Source: an uncultured Eubacteriales bacterium (lineage in GTDB: Bacteria; Bacillota; Clostridia; Oscillospirales; Acutalibacteraceae). Taken from it: a stretch of DNA of 64,000 nucleotides. The translations under genes were made by a program, and so were the position numbers. This document shows positions 10,267-20,760 of the stretch, in pieces. The stretch lies in NCBI GenBank assembly GCA_900316435.1, contig ONCY01000001.1, positions 16,358 through 80,357 on the forward strand, written 5' to 3'. Within the stretch, counting starts at the first letter, position 1; every line of letters starts with the position of its first letter. Below the pieces are notes generated by a model. That model was given only the letters and a program-made list of their open reading frames with translations. It did not search any database and had not been told where the DNA came from.

Positions 10267-10626
10267 ATGGTAAGCAGACCTGATACAAAAAAGGCACGCG
10301 CAAAACGCCATAAGAGAGTCCGCAGCAAAATCAGCGGTACAGCTCAGTGCCCCCGTTTGTGCGTATTCCGCTCCACCAACAACATCTACGCTCAGCTTAT
10401 TGATGACGTAGCCGGTGTTACTCTTGCCCAGGCTTCAAGCCTTGACAAGACCATCACAGGTAATGGCGGAAATAAAGAGGCAGCAAGAGCTGTCGGCAAG
10501 CTCATCGCAGAGCGTGCAAAGGAAAAGAACATCACAGATGTTGTTTTCGACAGAGGCGGTAACATTTATCACGGCCGTGTTAAGGAATTGGCCGAAGGCG
10601 CTCGCGAGGGCGGCCTCAATTTCTAA
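10267..10626 (+). CDS. rplR: 50S ribosomal protein L18
   Basis: [20 protein letters not shown]. Confidence 0.99.
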   Translation: MVSRPDTKKARAKRHKRVRSKISGTAQCPRLCVFRSTNNIYAQLIDDVAGVTLAQASSLDKTITGNGGNKEAARAVGKLIAERAKEKNITDVVFDRGGNIYHGRVKELAEGAREGGLNF

Positions 10627-10645
10627 GGAACAGGAGGAAAAAACT

Positions 10646-11143
10646 TTGGCTAATAAAGTAGAAGCAACAGGCGAGTTAAAAGAAAGAGTTGTTACCATTA
10701 ACCGCGTATCAAAGACGGTTAAGGGCGGCCGTATCTTCAAATTTGCGGCTCTTGTTGTTGTCGGCGACGGCAACGGCACCGTAGGTTTCGGTATCGGCAA
10801 GGCAGGCGAGGTTCCCGACGCTATCCGCAAGGGTATCGAGGACGCCAAGAAGAACCTTATGAAGGTTTCTCTCAGAGGAACAACAATCCCTCATGAGATC
10901 ATCGGCGAATTCGGCGCAGGCAGAGTTCTTATGAAGCCCGCCGCTCCCGGTACCGGCGTTATCGCGGGCGGTCCCGTCCGTGCGGTTGTTGAGGCTGTAG
11001 GCATCAAGGATATCCGTACAAAGGCGCTCCGTTCCAACAACCCCTGCAACGTTGTCCGCGCAACACTTCAAGGCCTTAAGGCGCTCAGAACCGCCGAAGA
11101 GGTTGCGGCTGTTCGCGGCAAATCCGTAAAGGAAATTCTGTAA
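10646..11143 (+). CDS. rpsE: 30S ribosomal protein S5
   Basis: TTG start after [27 protein letters not shown]. Confidence 0.97.
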   Translation: MANKVEATGELKERVVTINRVSKTVKGGRIFKFAALVVVGDGNGTVGFGIGKAGEVPDAIRKGIEDAKKNLMKVSLRGTTIPHEIIGEFGAGRVLMKPAAPGTGVIAGGPVRAVVEAVGIKDIRTKALRSNNPCNVVRATLQGLKALRTAEEVAAVRGKSVKEIL

Positions 11144-11159
11144 TAGGGAGGCTGCACAT

Positions 11160-11330
11160 ATGACAATCAAATTAGTAAAGAGCCTTATCGGCTCCAAAAA
11201 GGATCAGATTGCAACCGCCCACGCTTTAGGTCTGAAGAAAATCGGCGACACAACAACTCAGCCCGACAACCCCCAGACCAAGGGCAAGGTAGCAAAAATC
11301 ATCCACCTCGTAGAGGTTAGTGAAGCGTAA
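11160..11330 (+). CDS. rpmD: 50S ribosomal protein L30
   Basis: Not in ORF track (56 aa). MTIKLVKSLIG...ALGLKKIG...HLVEV; between rpsE and rplO. Confidence 0.95.
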   Translation: MTIKLVKSLIGSKKDQIATAHALGLKKIGDTTTQPDNPQTKGKVAKIIHLVEVSEA

Positions 11331-11348
11331 GCAAGGAGGTGCGAACTA

Positions 11349-11792
11349 ATGAAGTTACATGAACTTTCACCGGTTGAGGGCTCCAAAAAGAGCTCAAAGA
11401 GAATCGGCAGAGGTCACGGCTCAGGCTGGGGCAAAACCTCCGGCAAAGGCCAGAAGGGCCAGAAAGCCCGTTCGGGCGGCAGCATCCGTCCCGGCTTTGA
11501 GGGCGGTCAGATGCCTTTACAGCGCCGTCTTCCCAAAAGAGGTTTCAACAACATCTTTGCTAAAAACGTCGTTGCTATTAACCTCAGCACATTAAACAGA
11601 AAGTTTAACGACGGCGACACCGTTGACGTAGAGGCTCTGAGAGCGGCAGGCGTTGTTAAAAACAGCTTTGACGCAGTAAAGGTTCTCGGCAACGGTAAAC
11701 TTGAGAAAAACCTCACTGTTAAGGTTTCTGCTTTTTCCGAGTCAGCTAAAGCCGCTATTGAGGCTGCGGGCGGAAAGGCAGAGGTGATCTAA
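11349..11792 (+). CDS. rplO: 50S ribosomal protein L15
   Basis: [32 protein letters not shown]. Confidence 0.99.
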   Translation: MKLHELSPVEGSKKSSKRIGRGHGSGWGKTSGKGQKGQKARSGGSIRPGFEGGQMPLQRRLPKRGFNNIFAKNVVAINLSTLNRKFNDGDTVDVEALRAAGVVKNSFDAVKVLGNGKLEKNLTVKVSAFSESAKAAIEAAGGKAEVI

Positions 11793-11793
11793 G

Positions 11794-13125
11794 TTGTTTA
11801 AAACAATCCGCAATGCGTGGATGATCCCGGATCTTCGCAAGAAGCTCCTGTTCACGCTGTTAATCATCATCGTGTTCAGAATCGGTTCGGTTATCCCCGT
11901 TCCGTTCATCGACACCCAGGCGCTGCAGAACGCTATGGAGCACACCGTAAACTCCGGCGAAAGCAGCAACATGATCGGTTATCTGGACACAATTTCGGGC
12001 GGCGCTTTTTCTAACGCCACCATTTTCGCTATGGGTATCACCCCTTACATCAACAGCTCAATTATCATCCAGCTTCTCTGCGTAGCTATCCCCGCTCTGG
12101 AAAGACTTTCCAAAGAGGGCGAGGCAGGCAGAAAGAAGATCGGCGCTATAACCCGTTATGTAACGGTTGCGCTGGGACTGATACAGGGTACCGCTTACTT
12201 CTTCTATCTGAAGAATTCCGGCATTACAAGCTACAATTCCGGCTTTGAGATCATCTTCACCGCAATTGTAATCGTTCTTGTATTCACCGCGGGTACCGCG
12301 CTGATGATGTGGCTCGGCGAGCAAATCAACAAATACGGCGTAGGCAACGGTATTTCCATTCTGTTGTTCGCGGGTATCATCGCAAGACTTCCCAAGACCG
12401 TTTACTACATTTCAGAGTACTGGAAGCAGGCACTCGGTACAGGCGAAGCGGGCGAGGCTAACCCCATCAAGTTCGTATGGATTATTCTCTGGGTTGTTCT
12501 GTTCCTCGGTGTTGTATGGCTCATCACCTTTATGCAGGACAGCGAAAGAAGAATCCCCATCCAATACGCAAAGCGTGTAGTCGGCAGAAAGATGTACGGT
12601 GGTCAGTCAAGCCACCTTCCCATCAAGGTTGCGCTCGGCGGCGTACTTCCCATCATCTTCGCCAGCTCCATTCTTTCGATCCCGGGTACAATCAACCTGT
12701 TTGTAGGCGCTAAGGAAGGCTTCTGGAAAGGCTTTGCTGACGCGTTTAGTCAGAGCAGCTGGCTGTACATCGGATTATACTTCATTCTTATTTTGATGTT
12801 TGCTTATTTCTACACTACCATTCAGTACAACCCCATCGAAATGGCAAACAACCTCAAATCAAACAACGGTACGGTTCCCGGCATTCGTCCGGGCGCGCCC
12901 ACTGCGGCTTACATCAAGAAGATTCTCTCCAGAATCACCCTCATCGGCGCGCTGTTCCTTTCGGTAATCGCGATTTTCCCGCTCGTTTACTGCAAGCTGA
13001 CAGACCTCGCACTGCTTTCACTCAGCGGCACATCCATCATCATTATCGTAGGCGTTGCGCTTGAGACCGTTAAGCAGCTTGAAAGCCAGATGATGATGCG
13101 TCATTACAAAGGTTTTCTTGACTAA
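11794..13125 (+). CDS. secY: Preprotein translocase subunit SecY
   Basis: MGITPYI, WLGEQI..GVGNGIS, PGIRPG; multiple TM segments. Confidence 0.99.
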   Translation: MFKTIRNAWMIPDLRKKLLFTLLIIIVFRIGSVIPVPFIDTQALQNAMEHTVNSGESSNMIGYLDTISGGAFSNATIFAMGITPYINSSIIIQLLCVAIPALERLSKEGEAGRKKIGAITRYVTVALGLIQGTAYFFYLKNSGITSYNSGFEIIFTAIVIVLVFTAGTALMMWLGEQINKYGVGNGISILLFAGIIARLPKTVYYISEYWKQALGTGEAGEANPIKFVWIILWVVLFLGVVWLITFMQDSERRIPIQYAKRVVGRKMYGGQSSHLPIKVALGGVLPIIFASSILSIPGTINLFVGAKEGFWKGFADAFSQSSWLYIGLYFILILMFAYFYTTIQYNPIEMANNLKSNNGTVPGIRPGAPTAAYIKKILSRITLIGALFLSVIAIFPLVYCKLTDLALLSLSGTSIIIIVGVALETVKQLESQMMMRHYKGFLD

Positions 13126-13149
13126 TTGAAAAAAATGAGGTATAATATT

Positions 13150-13694
13150 ATGAACATTATCATGTTAGGTGCTCCCGGAAAAACGGCACTGAAATGGGTC
13201 TTAAGGCTAAATCCTACATGGACGACGGCAAGCTTGTTCCCGACGAAGTGGTTATCGGCATCGTAAAGGAAAGACTTTCAGCCGACGACTGCAAAAACGG
13301 CTTCATTCTTGACGGCTTCCCCAGAACCATTCCTCAGGCCGAGGCTCTGGATACCATGGGCGTTGACATCCAGTACGTCATCAACATCGACGTGCCCGAC
13401 GAGGTCATCACCAAGCGTATGTCCGGACGCCGTGTTTGCCAGGATTGCGGCAGACCTTATCACACCGAGAGCTTAAAGCCTCAGGTTGATGGTGTTTGCG
13501 ACGATTGCGGCGGCACCCTTGTTCAGCGTAAGGACGACCACCCCGACACCGTGCTTGCTCGTCTTGCTGTGTATCACAAAGAGACCGAGCCCCTTGCCAA
13601 CTACTATGACAAGCAGGGTAAGCTTGTCAACGTTAAAGGTCAGGACACTGTAGAAGCTACTACAGAGGCTGTACTCAAGGCGATCGAGGCGTAA
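13150..13694 (+). pseudogene. adk: Adenylate kinase, broken by an apparent ~88-nt deletion through the P-loop (probably an assembly artefact)
   Basis: MNIIMLGAPG at 13150 is joined out of frame to KNGTEMG...; AGKGTQ...ISTG segment missing; LDGFPRT and Zn LID intact. Confidence 0.85.
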
Positions 13695-13696
13695 GC

Positions 13697-14449
13697 ATGG
13701 TATCAATCAAAACAGCACGGGAACTTTCACTTATGAAAGACGCCTGCAGAATTTCCGCTGAGGCGCTGCGTGCTGCGGGAGAGGCTGTAAAGCCCGGTAT
13801 CTCCACCTATGAAATTGATACAATTGTCCGTAAGTATATCGAGAAACAGGGCGCCAAGCCCTCGTTTCTCGGTTACGGCGGCTTTCCCGCAAGCGCATGC
13901 ATTTCCGTAAACAGTGTGGTTATCCATGGCATACCCGCAAAAACCGCCGTTCTTAAGGAGGGCGACATAGTAAGCATTGACGTAGGCGCTTACTACAGGG
14001 GATTTCACGGCGACAACGCCTATACATTTCCCTGCGGCAAGATAAGCGAAAACGCTCAAAGGCTGCTAAACGCCACCAAAGAAAGCCTGTATGAGGGAAT
14101 TAAACAGGCGCAGGCGCAAAACCGCATCGGCGATATCGGCAGCGCGGTTCAGGAGTATGTCGAAGCTCGCAGTTACTCGGTGGTACGGAATTATACGGGC
14201 CACGGCGTAGGTGCGAAACTGCACGAAGACCCAAGCGTACCAAACTACGGTACACGCGGCAGAGGCTTTAAGCTTTTGCCGGGAATGACAATTGCCATCG
14301 AACCCATGGTTAACGAGGGCACACATTACACCCGTGTTCTGGGCGACAAATGGACGGTCGTCACTCTTGACGGCAAGCTCTCGGCCCATTTTGAACACAC
14401 AGTCGCAATCACTCCCGACGGTCCGAGGATTCTGACCTTATGTGAGTAA
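13697..14449 (+). CDS. map: Type I methionine aminopeptidase
   Basis: HGIP, GDIVSIDVG, GHGVG..HEDP, AIEPM, SAHFEHT. Confidence 0.97.
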   Translation: MVSIKTARELSLMKDACRISAEALRAAGEAVKPGISTYEIDTIVRKYIEKQGAKPSFLGYGGFPASACISVNSVVIHGIPAKTAVLKEGDIVSIDVGAYYRGFHGDNAYTFPCGKISENAQRLLNATKESLYEGIKQAQAQNRIGDIGSAVQEYVEARSYSVVRNYTGHGVGAKLHEDPSVPNYGTRGRGFKLLPGMTIAIEPMVNEGTHYTRVLGDKWTVVTLDGKLSAHFEHTVAITPDGPRILTLCE

Positions 14450-14460
14450 AGGAAGTATTT

Positions 14461-14700
14461 ATGACCATACAAAAGGGCAGCGTCGTAAGGGCGCTCGCGG
14501 GACGTGACAAGGACGGATTTTTTGTTGTGCTCGGCGTTGAGGGTTCCTACGCGCTTATAGCAGACGGAAAAAGGCGGCGGATTCAGTCTCCCAAGCGGAA
14601 AAAACTGATACATCTGGCGCCGACTAACACTGTTTATCAGGGTTCGATAGAAACCAATCCGCAATTAAGAAAAGCATTACGCGAATTTAACGGAGGTTAA
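14461..14700 (+). CDS. KOW-domain RNA-binding protein (L14e-like)
   Basis: AGRDKD, ADGKRR...PKRKK..HL; usual position between map and infA. Confidence 0.85.
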   Translation: MTIQKGSVVRALAGRDKDGFFVVLGVEGSYALIADGKRRRIQSPKRKKLIHLAPTNTVYQGSIETNPQLRKALREFNGG

Positions 14701-14704
14701 GCTT

Positions 14705-14923
14705 ATGTCCAAACAGGATGTCATTGAAGTAGAAGGTATCGTACGCGAGGCTCTGCCAAACGCCCAGTTTAAGGTAGAGCTGCAAAACGGTCACGTGATT
14801 TTAGCTGTTATTTCAGGCAAGCTGAGAATGAATTTCATACGCATTTTGCCGGGCGACAAGGTCACCGTGGAGATGTCTCCGTATGACCTGACAAGAGGAA
14901 GAATTACTTGGCGTTCCAAATAA
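14705..14923 (+). CDS. infA: Translation initiation factor IF-1
   Basis: [18 protein letters not shown]...[10 protein letters not shown]. Confidence 0.99.
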   Translation: MSKQDVIEVEGIVREALPNAQFKVELQNGHVILAVISGKLRMNFIRILPGDKVTVEMSPYDLTRGRITWRSK

Positions 14924-14977
14924 GAAGCGCCGAGGTCCGGAGCTATCTGTTGAATAGCAGAGGACAACGAGGCGTGA
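14923..14977 (+). repeat. Nested structured repeat, copy C (outer module only)
   Basis: AGAAGCGCCGAGGTCCGGAGCTAT-loop-ATAGCAGAGGACAACGAGGCGTGA. Confidence 0.8.
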
Positions 14978-15029
14978 CACAAAAGCGCCGAACAACACAA
15001 CACCATTTTGAAGAAAGGAATGATTATAA

Positions 15030-15143
15030 GTGAAAGTCAGACCTTCAGTAAAGAAAATGTGCGACAAGTGCAAGGTAATCAAGAGAAAGGGTAAGATCCT
15101 TGTTATCTGCGATAACCCCAAGCATAAGCAGCGCCAGGGCTAA
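15030..15143 (+). CDS. rpmJ: 50S ribosomal protein L36
   Basis: Not in ORF track. GTG start; [15 protein letters not shown]...[11 protein letters not shown]. Confidence 0.97.
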   Translation: MKVRPSVKKMCDKCKVIKRKGKILVICDNPKHKQRQG

Positions 15144-15251
15144 GCGTCGCGCAAACAATTTCAGGTTGTGACATAGTTCAGGTTGATTAATAACCGCTAA
15201 TCACTAACCGCTACTAAAAAATAACTTAATTCTATATGGAGGTGCAACTGA

Positions 15252-15620
15252 ATGGCTCGTATAGCAGGTGTTGACCTGCCGAGAGATAAAAGAGTTGAAA
15301 TCGGTTTAACTTACATTTTCGGTATCGGCAGAAAAACTGCAACAGACATTATTGCTGCAACAGGTGTAAATCCTGACACTCGTGTCAGAGATTTAACAGA
15401 AGAAGACGTATCAAAGCTTAGAGAGTACATCGAGCATCACTGCCGCGTAGAGGGTGACCTCCGCCGCGACATCGCTTATGATATCAAGAGACTTATCGAT
15501 ATTGGCTGTTACCGTGGCGTTCGTCACAGAAAGGGACTTCCCGTAAGAGGTCAGCGTTCAAAAACCAACGCTCGTACCCGCAAAGGTCCCCGTAAAACTA
15601 TGGCCAATAAGAAGAAATAA
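15252..15620 (+). CDS. rpsM: 30S ribosomal protein S13
   Basis: [28 protein letters not shown]. Confidence 0.99.
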   Translation: MARIAGVDLPRDKRVEIGLTYIFGIGRKTATDIIAATGVNPDTRVRDLTEEDVSKLREYIEHHCRVEGDLRRDIAYDIKRLIDIGCYRGVRHRKGLPVRGQRSKTNARTRKGPRKTMANKKK

Positions 15621-15634
15621 GGAGGCACGGTATT

Positions 15635-16036
15635 ATGGCAGCACCCAAAGGTGGTAAAAAAGTAATTCGCCGTCGTCGTGAGCGTAAGCACATCGAAAGA
15701 GGCGCGGCGCATATCCAGTCAACATTTAACAACACAATTGTCACTATTTCCGATACACAGGGCAACGCTGTATCCTGGGCAAGCGCAGGCGAGCTGGGAT
15801 TCAGAGGAAGCAAAAAGTCTACTCCCTTTGCCGCTCAGTCAGCAGCTGAAACAGCAGCTAAGGCAGCAATGGAGCACGGCATGAAGTACGTTGAAGTGTA
15901 CGTTAAGGGACCGGGACAGGGCAGAGAGGCCGCAATCAGAGCATTGCAGACCGCAGGCCTTGAGGTAACAATGATCAAAGACGTTACTCCCATTCCTCAC
16001 AACGGCTGCCGTCCTCCCAAGAGAAGACGCGTGTAG
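15635..16036 (+). CDS. rpsK: 30S ribosomal protein S11
   Basis: [27 protein letters not shown]. Confidence 0.99.
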   Translation: MAAPKGGKKVIRRRRERKHIERGAAHIQSTFNNTIVTISDTQGNAVSWASAGELGFRGSKKSTPFAAQSAAETAAKAAMEHGMKYVEVYVKGPGQGREAAIRALQTAGLEVTMIKDVTPIPHNGCRPPKRRRV

Positions 16037-16060
16037 TAATTAAGAAGGAGGAAATTTTAC

Positions 16061-16663
16061 ATGGCAAAGAATATGCAGCCAATCGCAAAGCGTTGCAGAG
16101 CGCTTGGCATTTCTCCCGCTGTAATGGGTTACAGCAAAAAGACCTCAAACAGAAACCCCGGCGGCAAAATGAGAAGAAAAAAGAGCGAATACAGCATGCA
16201 GCTTACCGAGAAGCAGAAGGTAAAGTTTATTTACGGTATTCTTGAAAAGCAGTTCCGCGCTTACTATGAGAAGGCGGAAAAGGCTGAGGGCAAAACAGGT
16301 GAGGCTCTGCTTTCAATCGTTGAGCGCAGACTTGACAACGTAATCTATCGTCTCGGTCTTGCGGCTACAAGAAGAGAGGCAAGACAGCTTGTAAACCACG
16401 CTCACTTTACCGTGAACGGCAAAAAGGTAAACATTCCTTCATACCTTGTAAAGGTCGGCGACGTTATCGCCGTTAAGGAAGCAAGCCGTTCCACAACAAG
16501 ATTCAAGGCTATCGCAGAGGGTGAGAACGCTTCAATGGTAACTCCCAAGTGGCTTGAGAAGGACGCAAACCTCCTCGGCGGCAAGGTAGTTGCAAATCCC
16601 CAGAGGGACGATATCGACTATCCCGTTGAAGAGCACCTCATCGTCGAGTTGTACTCCAAGTAA
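16061..16663 (+). CDS. rpsD: 30S ribosomal protein S4
   Basis: EKQKVK..YG, ERRLDNV, ARQLVNH, IVELYSK. Confidence 0.98.
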   Translation: MAKNMQPIAKRCRALGISPAVMGYSKKTSNRNPGGKMRRKKSEYSMQLTEKQKVKFIYGILEKQFRAYYEKAEKAEGKTGEALLSIVERRLDNVIYRLGLAATRREARQLVNHAHFTVNGKKVNIPSYLVKVGDVIAVKEASRSTTRFKAIAEGENASMVTPKWLEKDANLLGGKVVANPQRDDIDYPVEEHLIVELYSK

Positions 16664-16744
16664 TCTATTATATCTTTTTTCACAGGATTACAAACACATA
16701 CCCGCCATATTAACGGCGGCATAATGTAAGAGGAGGATTCGCGA

Positions 16745-17698
16745 ATGATTGAAATTGAAAAGCCAAGAATTGAAACCGCAGAATTAACCGAGGACGGAAA
16801 GTACGGTAAGTTCGTTGTCGAGCCGCTTGAGCGCGGATTCGGCAACACTCTCGGCAACAGCCTTCGCAGAGTGCTGCTTTCCTCACTTGAAGGCTGTGCT
16901 GTCACATCAATTAAGATTGACGGCGTTCTTCACGAATTTTCAACTATTCCGGGCGTCAAGGAAGACGTTACCGAAATTGTGCTTAATATGAAAAGTCTTG
17001 TTGCCAAGCTGTTTGACGCAAGCCCCAAGGTTGTTGAAATCAATGCCGAGGGTCCCTGCGAGGTAACGGCTGCCGACATCAAGTGTGACAACGAGGTCGA
17101 AATCCTCAATCCCGAGCTTCACATCGCAACTTTGGGCGATGGAGCAAAGCTCAATATGGAAATCACAATTGACAAGGGCAGAGGCTACGTTCCCTCCGAG
17201 CGCAACAAGCAGCTCAGCGGCAACAACATCATCGGTGTTCTGCCGATTGACTCTATCTATACACCTGTGTTAAAGGTGAACTACACAGTTGACAATACCC
17301 GCGTAGGTCAGATTACCGACTTCGATAAGCTGACTCTCGACGTATGGACAAACGGCGTTATCAATGCGGAAGAGGCAGTTTCTCTTGCGGCTAAGGTTCT
17401 TACCGAGCACCTCAACCTCTTTGTCAACCTCTCCGACAAGGCTTCCTCAGCTGAGGTCATGGTCGAAAAGGACGACAAGGGCAAGGAGAAGATCCTTGAA
17501 ATGACTATCGAGGATCTCGATCTTTCGGTTCGCTCGTTCAACTGCCTCAAGCGTGCGGGTATCAACACGGTTGAAGATTTGATTAACAGATCCGAGGAGG
17601 ATATGATGAAGGTTCGCAACCTGGGCAGAAAGTCCCTTGAAGAGGTTGTTCAAAAGCTTAACTCTCTCGGTTTCAGTCTTCAGAAGGAAGACGAATAA
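16745..17698 (+). CDS. rpoA: RNA polymerase alpha subunit
   Basis: [37 protein letters not shown]. Confidence 0.99.
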   Translation: MIEIEKPRIETAELTEDGKYGKFVVEPLERGFGNTLGNSLRRVLLSSLEGCAVTSIKIDGVLHEFSTIPGVKEDVTEIVLNMKSLVAKLFDASPKVVEINAEGPCEVTAADIKCDNEVEILNPELHIATLGDGAKLNMEITIDKGRGYVPSERNKQLSGNNIIGVLPIDSIYTPVLKVNYTVDNTRVGQITDFDKLTLDVWTNGVINAEEAVSLAAKVLTEHLNLFVNLSDKASSAEVMVEKDDKGKEKILEMTIEDLDLSVRSFNCLKRAGINTVEDLINRSEEDMMKVRNLGRKSLEEVVQKLNSLGFSLQKEDE

Positions 17699-17739
17699 TT
17701 ACTAAATCCCTTTAAATCTACGGTAAAGGAGTGAAAGAA

Positions 17740-18081
17740 ATGCCAGGTACAAGAAAGCTGGGAAGAACTACCGCTCAGAGAACAGCAATGCTCCGCGCAA
17801 TGGTTACTTTCCTTCTCGAAAACGGCAAAATCGAAACAACAAATACTCGTGCCAAGGAAGTTCAGGCTATGGCCGAGAAGATGATTACAACCGCTAAAAC
17901 CGACTCCCTCCACAACAAACGCCTTGTTATGGCTTTTGTCACAAAAGAGGATGTTGTGTCCAAGCTTTTCTCGGAAATTGCTCCCAAGTACGCTGACCGC
18001 AATGGCGGCTACACAAGAGTTACCAAGATCGGCCCCCGCCGCGGCGACGGCGCTGAAATGGCCGTTATCGAGTTGGTTTAA
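17740..18081 (+). CDS. rplQ: 50S ribosomal protein L17
   Basis: [22 protein letters not shown]. Confidence 0.99.
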   Translation: MPGTRKLGRTTAQRTAMLRAMVTFLLENGKIETTNTRAKEVQAMAEKMITTAKTDSLHNKRLVMAFVTKEDVVSKLFSEIAPKYADRNGGYTRVTKIGPRRGDGAEMAVIELV

Positions 18082-18097
18082 TCTGATATTTATTATT

Positions 18098-18130
18098 AAA
18101 GGCGCTCTGCTCCGGCAGGGCGCCTCTTTA
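18098..18130 (+). terminator. Intrinsic terminator ending the ribosomal superoperon
   Basis: GGCGCTCTGC-TCCG-GCAGGGCGCC followed by TCTTTA. Confidence 0.7.
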
Positions 18131-18271
18131 CTTGTTAGTGGATAGAATTTAGAGTTTAGAGTTAGAGAATTTAATTTTAGTAACTAAAATTTTGCTAATT
18201 TATGGTGAATTTGAAAAAAATTGCATAGTTGCATGCATTTTTTCCCCTTTTGGAAGTATTAGTGAAGGGGA

Positions 18272-19042
18272 GTGTTAAACTTGAAGAATAAAAACGCGGA
18301 GCAAAAGTTTTTTCAGATATATCTGGACACCGAGGACATTGTTAATCTGTTGTCCGACGAGGACAGAGGCAAGCTGTTCAGTCTGCTTTACCGCTTTGCT
18401 ATTGACGGCGAAACGCCTGAAATTAATGATAATCCCGCGCTTGCAATAGCCTTTAAGATGTTCACGGCTCAAATTGCGCGCGATTTTGCTACTTATGAAA
18501 GAAAGGCAAATACAGCCCGCGAAAACGGAAAAAAAGGCGGAGCCCCAAAAGGTAACCGCAACGCAGTAAAACAACCTAAAACAACCAAAACAACCGAAAT
18601 CGCTCAAGAAGAAGAAGAGGAAAAAGAAAAAGAAGAGGAAAAAGAAGAGGAAGAGGAAAGTATGTCAGCAAAAGATGACAGTTTCGCTGCCGACGACGTC
18701 ACTGAAATCATTTCTCTTTTTGACAGGATATGCAGCGGTATTCCAAGGTCATCAAGCCCCGATACGCTGCAAAGGCGGATAATTCAGGCTAAGTCTGCCT
18801 TAAACGGTACCGGCTTTGAGGAGTATTTCAGGCGCGTAGCTATGTCCGATTTTCTGACAGGCAGAAGCGGCAAATGGAAGGGCTGTACGCTTGAATGGCT
18901 TTTAAAGCCCGACACCATAGCAAAGGTACTGGGCGGCTTTTACGAGGACAGAGGACTGCCCGAGCCGCCGCCTCATCCTCGGCGAAAGACCTCCTATGAC
19001 ATAACTGAGCTTGAAAAAATAGATACGCTGGACGGCTGGTAA
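18272..19042 (+). CDS. Phage-type replication initiator / replisome-organiser-like protein (DUF6291-like N-terminus)
   Basis: LSDEDRGKLF..., RENGKKGGAPKGNRNA, Glu/Lys linker, C-terminal SDFLTG..W...LEWLLKP..KVL.G.Y typical of Firmicute phage initiators. Confidence 0.65.
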   Translation: MLNLKNKNAEQKFFQIYLDTEDIVNLLSDEDRGKLFSLLYRFAIDGETPEINDNPALAIAFKMFTAQIARDFATYERKANTARENGKKGGAPKGNRNAVKQPKTTKTTEIAQEEEEEKEKEEEKEEEEESMSAKDDSFAADDVTEIISLFDRICSGIPRSSSPDTLQRRIIQAKSALNGTGFEEYFRRVAMSDFLTGRSGKWKGCTLEWLLKPDTIAKVLGGFYEDRGLPEPPPHPRRKTSYDITELEKIDTLDGW

Positions 19043-19187
19043 GTGGTCGGCTGAGCCGACGGACAGTACGCGAATCATACGTTTGAAATTAACAAACCTT
19101 TTGTTCCCGCGAGAAATGACAAGCCGTTGCAGAAACGTATTTGTCATTGCAATTTTTCCAAAGGCGCGCTTCCTGCCGCGTGGCGGC
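19042..19187 (-). repeat. Small hairpin-rich MITE/REP-like element, copy 1 (inverted)
   Basis: Reverse complement aligns with 20760-20979 and 22518-22715. Confidence 0.85.
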
Positions 19188-19273
19188 AATTACCAAAATT
19201 TCCTCAGATACTTCTAATTACTTGACGGCATTGCCAAAAAACGGCGAAATGCTTTTTCAGCGCCCGATTATCC

Positions 19274-19302
19274 TTGACTTATTTCCTGCGATATAATAAA
19301 AT
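19274..19302 (+). promoter_or_regulatory. SigA-type promoter of the MBOAT gene
   Basis: TTGACT-17 bp-TAAAAT. Confidence 0.55.
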
Positions 19303-19335
19303 AATAGTGTATGTGAGCAAAAAGGAGTTGAGAGA

Positions 19336-20760
19336 GTGGTATTTTCAAGCCTGGTATTTCTGTTTGCCTACCTGCCGATAACGCTGTTGATTTACTACAT
19401 CGTGCCGCGCAAGGGACGAAATATCTTCCTGTTCTTCATCAATCTCTTGTTCTACGGCTGGGGCGAACCGCTGCTGGTGTTCCTCATGCTGTTCAACGTC
19501 ATAATAAATTACATAGGCGGCTTCCTTGTTGACCGAAACAGGGGCAACCGCGCCTTGATGAAGCTGTTTTTGATTATTACCTGTGTTATCGACGTCGGCG
19601 TGCTGTGCGTGTTCAAGTACACGGATATGTTCATCGAGACGTACAACATGATAACCGGTGCAGGCCTTGCGCCCATGAACATCAGCCTGCCCGTGGGAAT
19701 CAGCTTCTACACCTTCCAGACCATGAGCTACGTTATCGACGTTTACCGCGACGACGCGCCCGTGTCAAGGAACTTCTTTAACTTCGGTACCTATGTTGCG
19801 CTGTTCCCTCAGCTTATAGCGGGCCCTATCGTCCGTTACCGCGACGTTGCCGAGCAGCTTGTTCACCGCCGCGAGACCTTGGCGATGTTTACAAAGGGCG
19901 TCAAGCTGTTTTGCGTGGGACTTGCCAAAAAAGTCCTCATAGCCGACCAGATGGCCTCGCTTGTCAAGATTATCCTGGTTGCCGAGAACGAACAAACCCA
20001 CCAAATGGTGATGGTAGAGGGCGGCGGAGTGCTTGGCGCGTGGGTAGGCATAATCGCCTTTTCGCTGCAGCTGTATTTTGATTTCTCGGGCTATTCCGAC
20101 ATGGCGTGCGGACTTGGCAACATGATGGGCTTTGAGTTCCTCAAAAACTTCAACTATCCTTACATTTCAAAGTCAATTACCGATTTCTGGCGGCGCTGGC
20201 ATATCTCGCTGTCCACCTGGTTCAAAGAGTATGTTTACATTCCGCTGGGCGGCAACCGAAAGGGCGTAGCGCGTCAGATAGTTAACCTGATGATCGTCTG
20301 GGGACTTACGGGACTTTGGCACGGAGCGGCGTACAACTTCATTTTCTGGGGCTTGTATTTCGGTCTGCTGCTTATCCTCGAAAAGTTTGTGCTCAAGCGC
20401 TTTCTGGACAAGTTGCCGTCGTTTTTCCAGCACTTCTACGCTATTGTGCTTGTTATCTTCGGCTGGGGACTGTTTAAGTTTACCGACGTAAACCTGCTCG
20501 GCGAGTTCTTCTCAAACCTGTTCAATTTCAGCAGAGGGCTCGGCGACCGGAATACGATAAACACGATACTCAGTTACCTTCCGCTGCTTGCCGTGGCGTT
20601 CTTTGCGTGCACGCCGGTTGCGACAAAGGTATATAACCGCATAGCCGCAATGCGCTTTATCTGGGTTGCGGAGAGCTTGTTCTGTATGGGAGTATTGGTG
20701 CTCTGCACCGCTTCCCTCGTAAGGCAGGATTACAGCCCGTTCCTGTATTTCCGCTTTTAG
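19336..20760 (+). CDS. MBOAT family O-acyltransferase (AlgI/DltB/PatA-like)
   Basis: LPVGISFYTFQ, FPQLIAGPI, YFDFSGYSDMA, FWRRWHISLS, GLWHGA, PFLYFRF. Confidence 0.95.
   Translation: MVFSSLVFLFAYLPITLLIYYIVPRKGRNIFLFFINLLFYGWGEPLLVFLMLFNVIINYIGGFLVDRNRGNRALMKLFLIITCVIDVGVLCVFKYTDMFIETYNMITGAGLAPMNISLPVGISFYTFQTMSYVIDVYRDDAPVSRNFFNFGTYVALFPQLIAGPIVRYRDVAEQLVHRRETLAMFTKGVKLFCVGLAKKVLIADQMASLVKIILVAENEQTHQMVMVEGGGVLGAWVGIIAFSLQLYFDFSGYSDMACGLGNMMGFEFLKNFNYPYISKSITDFWRRWHISLSTWFKEYVYIPLGGNRKGVARQIVNLMIVWGLTGLWHGAAYNFIFWGLYFGLLLILEKFVLKRFLDKLPSFFQHFYAIVLVIFGWGLFKFTDVNLLGEFFSNLFNFSRGLGDRNTINTILSYLPLLAVAFFACTPVATKVYNRIAAMRFIWVAESLFCMGVLVLCTASLVRQDYSPFLYFRF

Noticed and set aside
18272..19042. Intact prophage or integrative element after rplQ
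   Set aside because: Only one phage-like gene; no integrase, att-like repeats or structural genes seen
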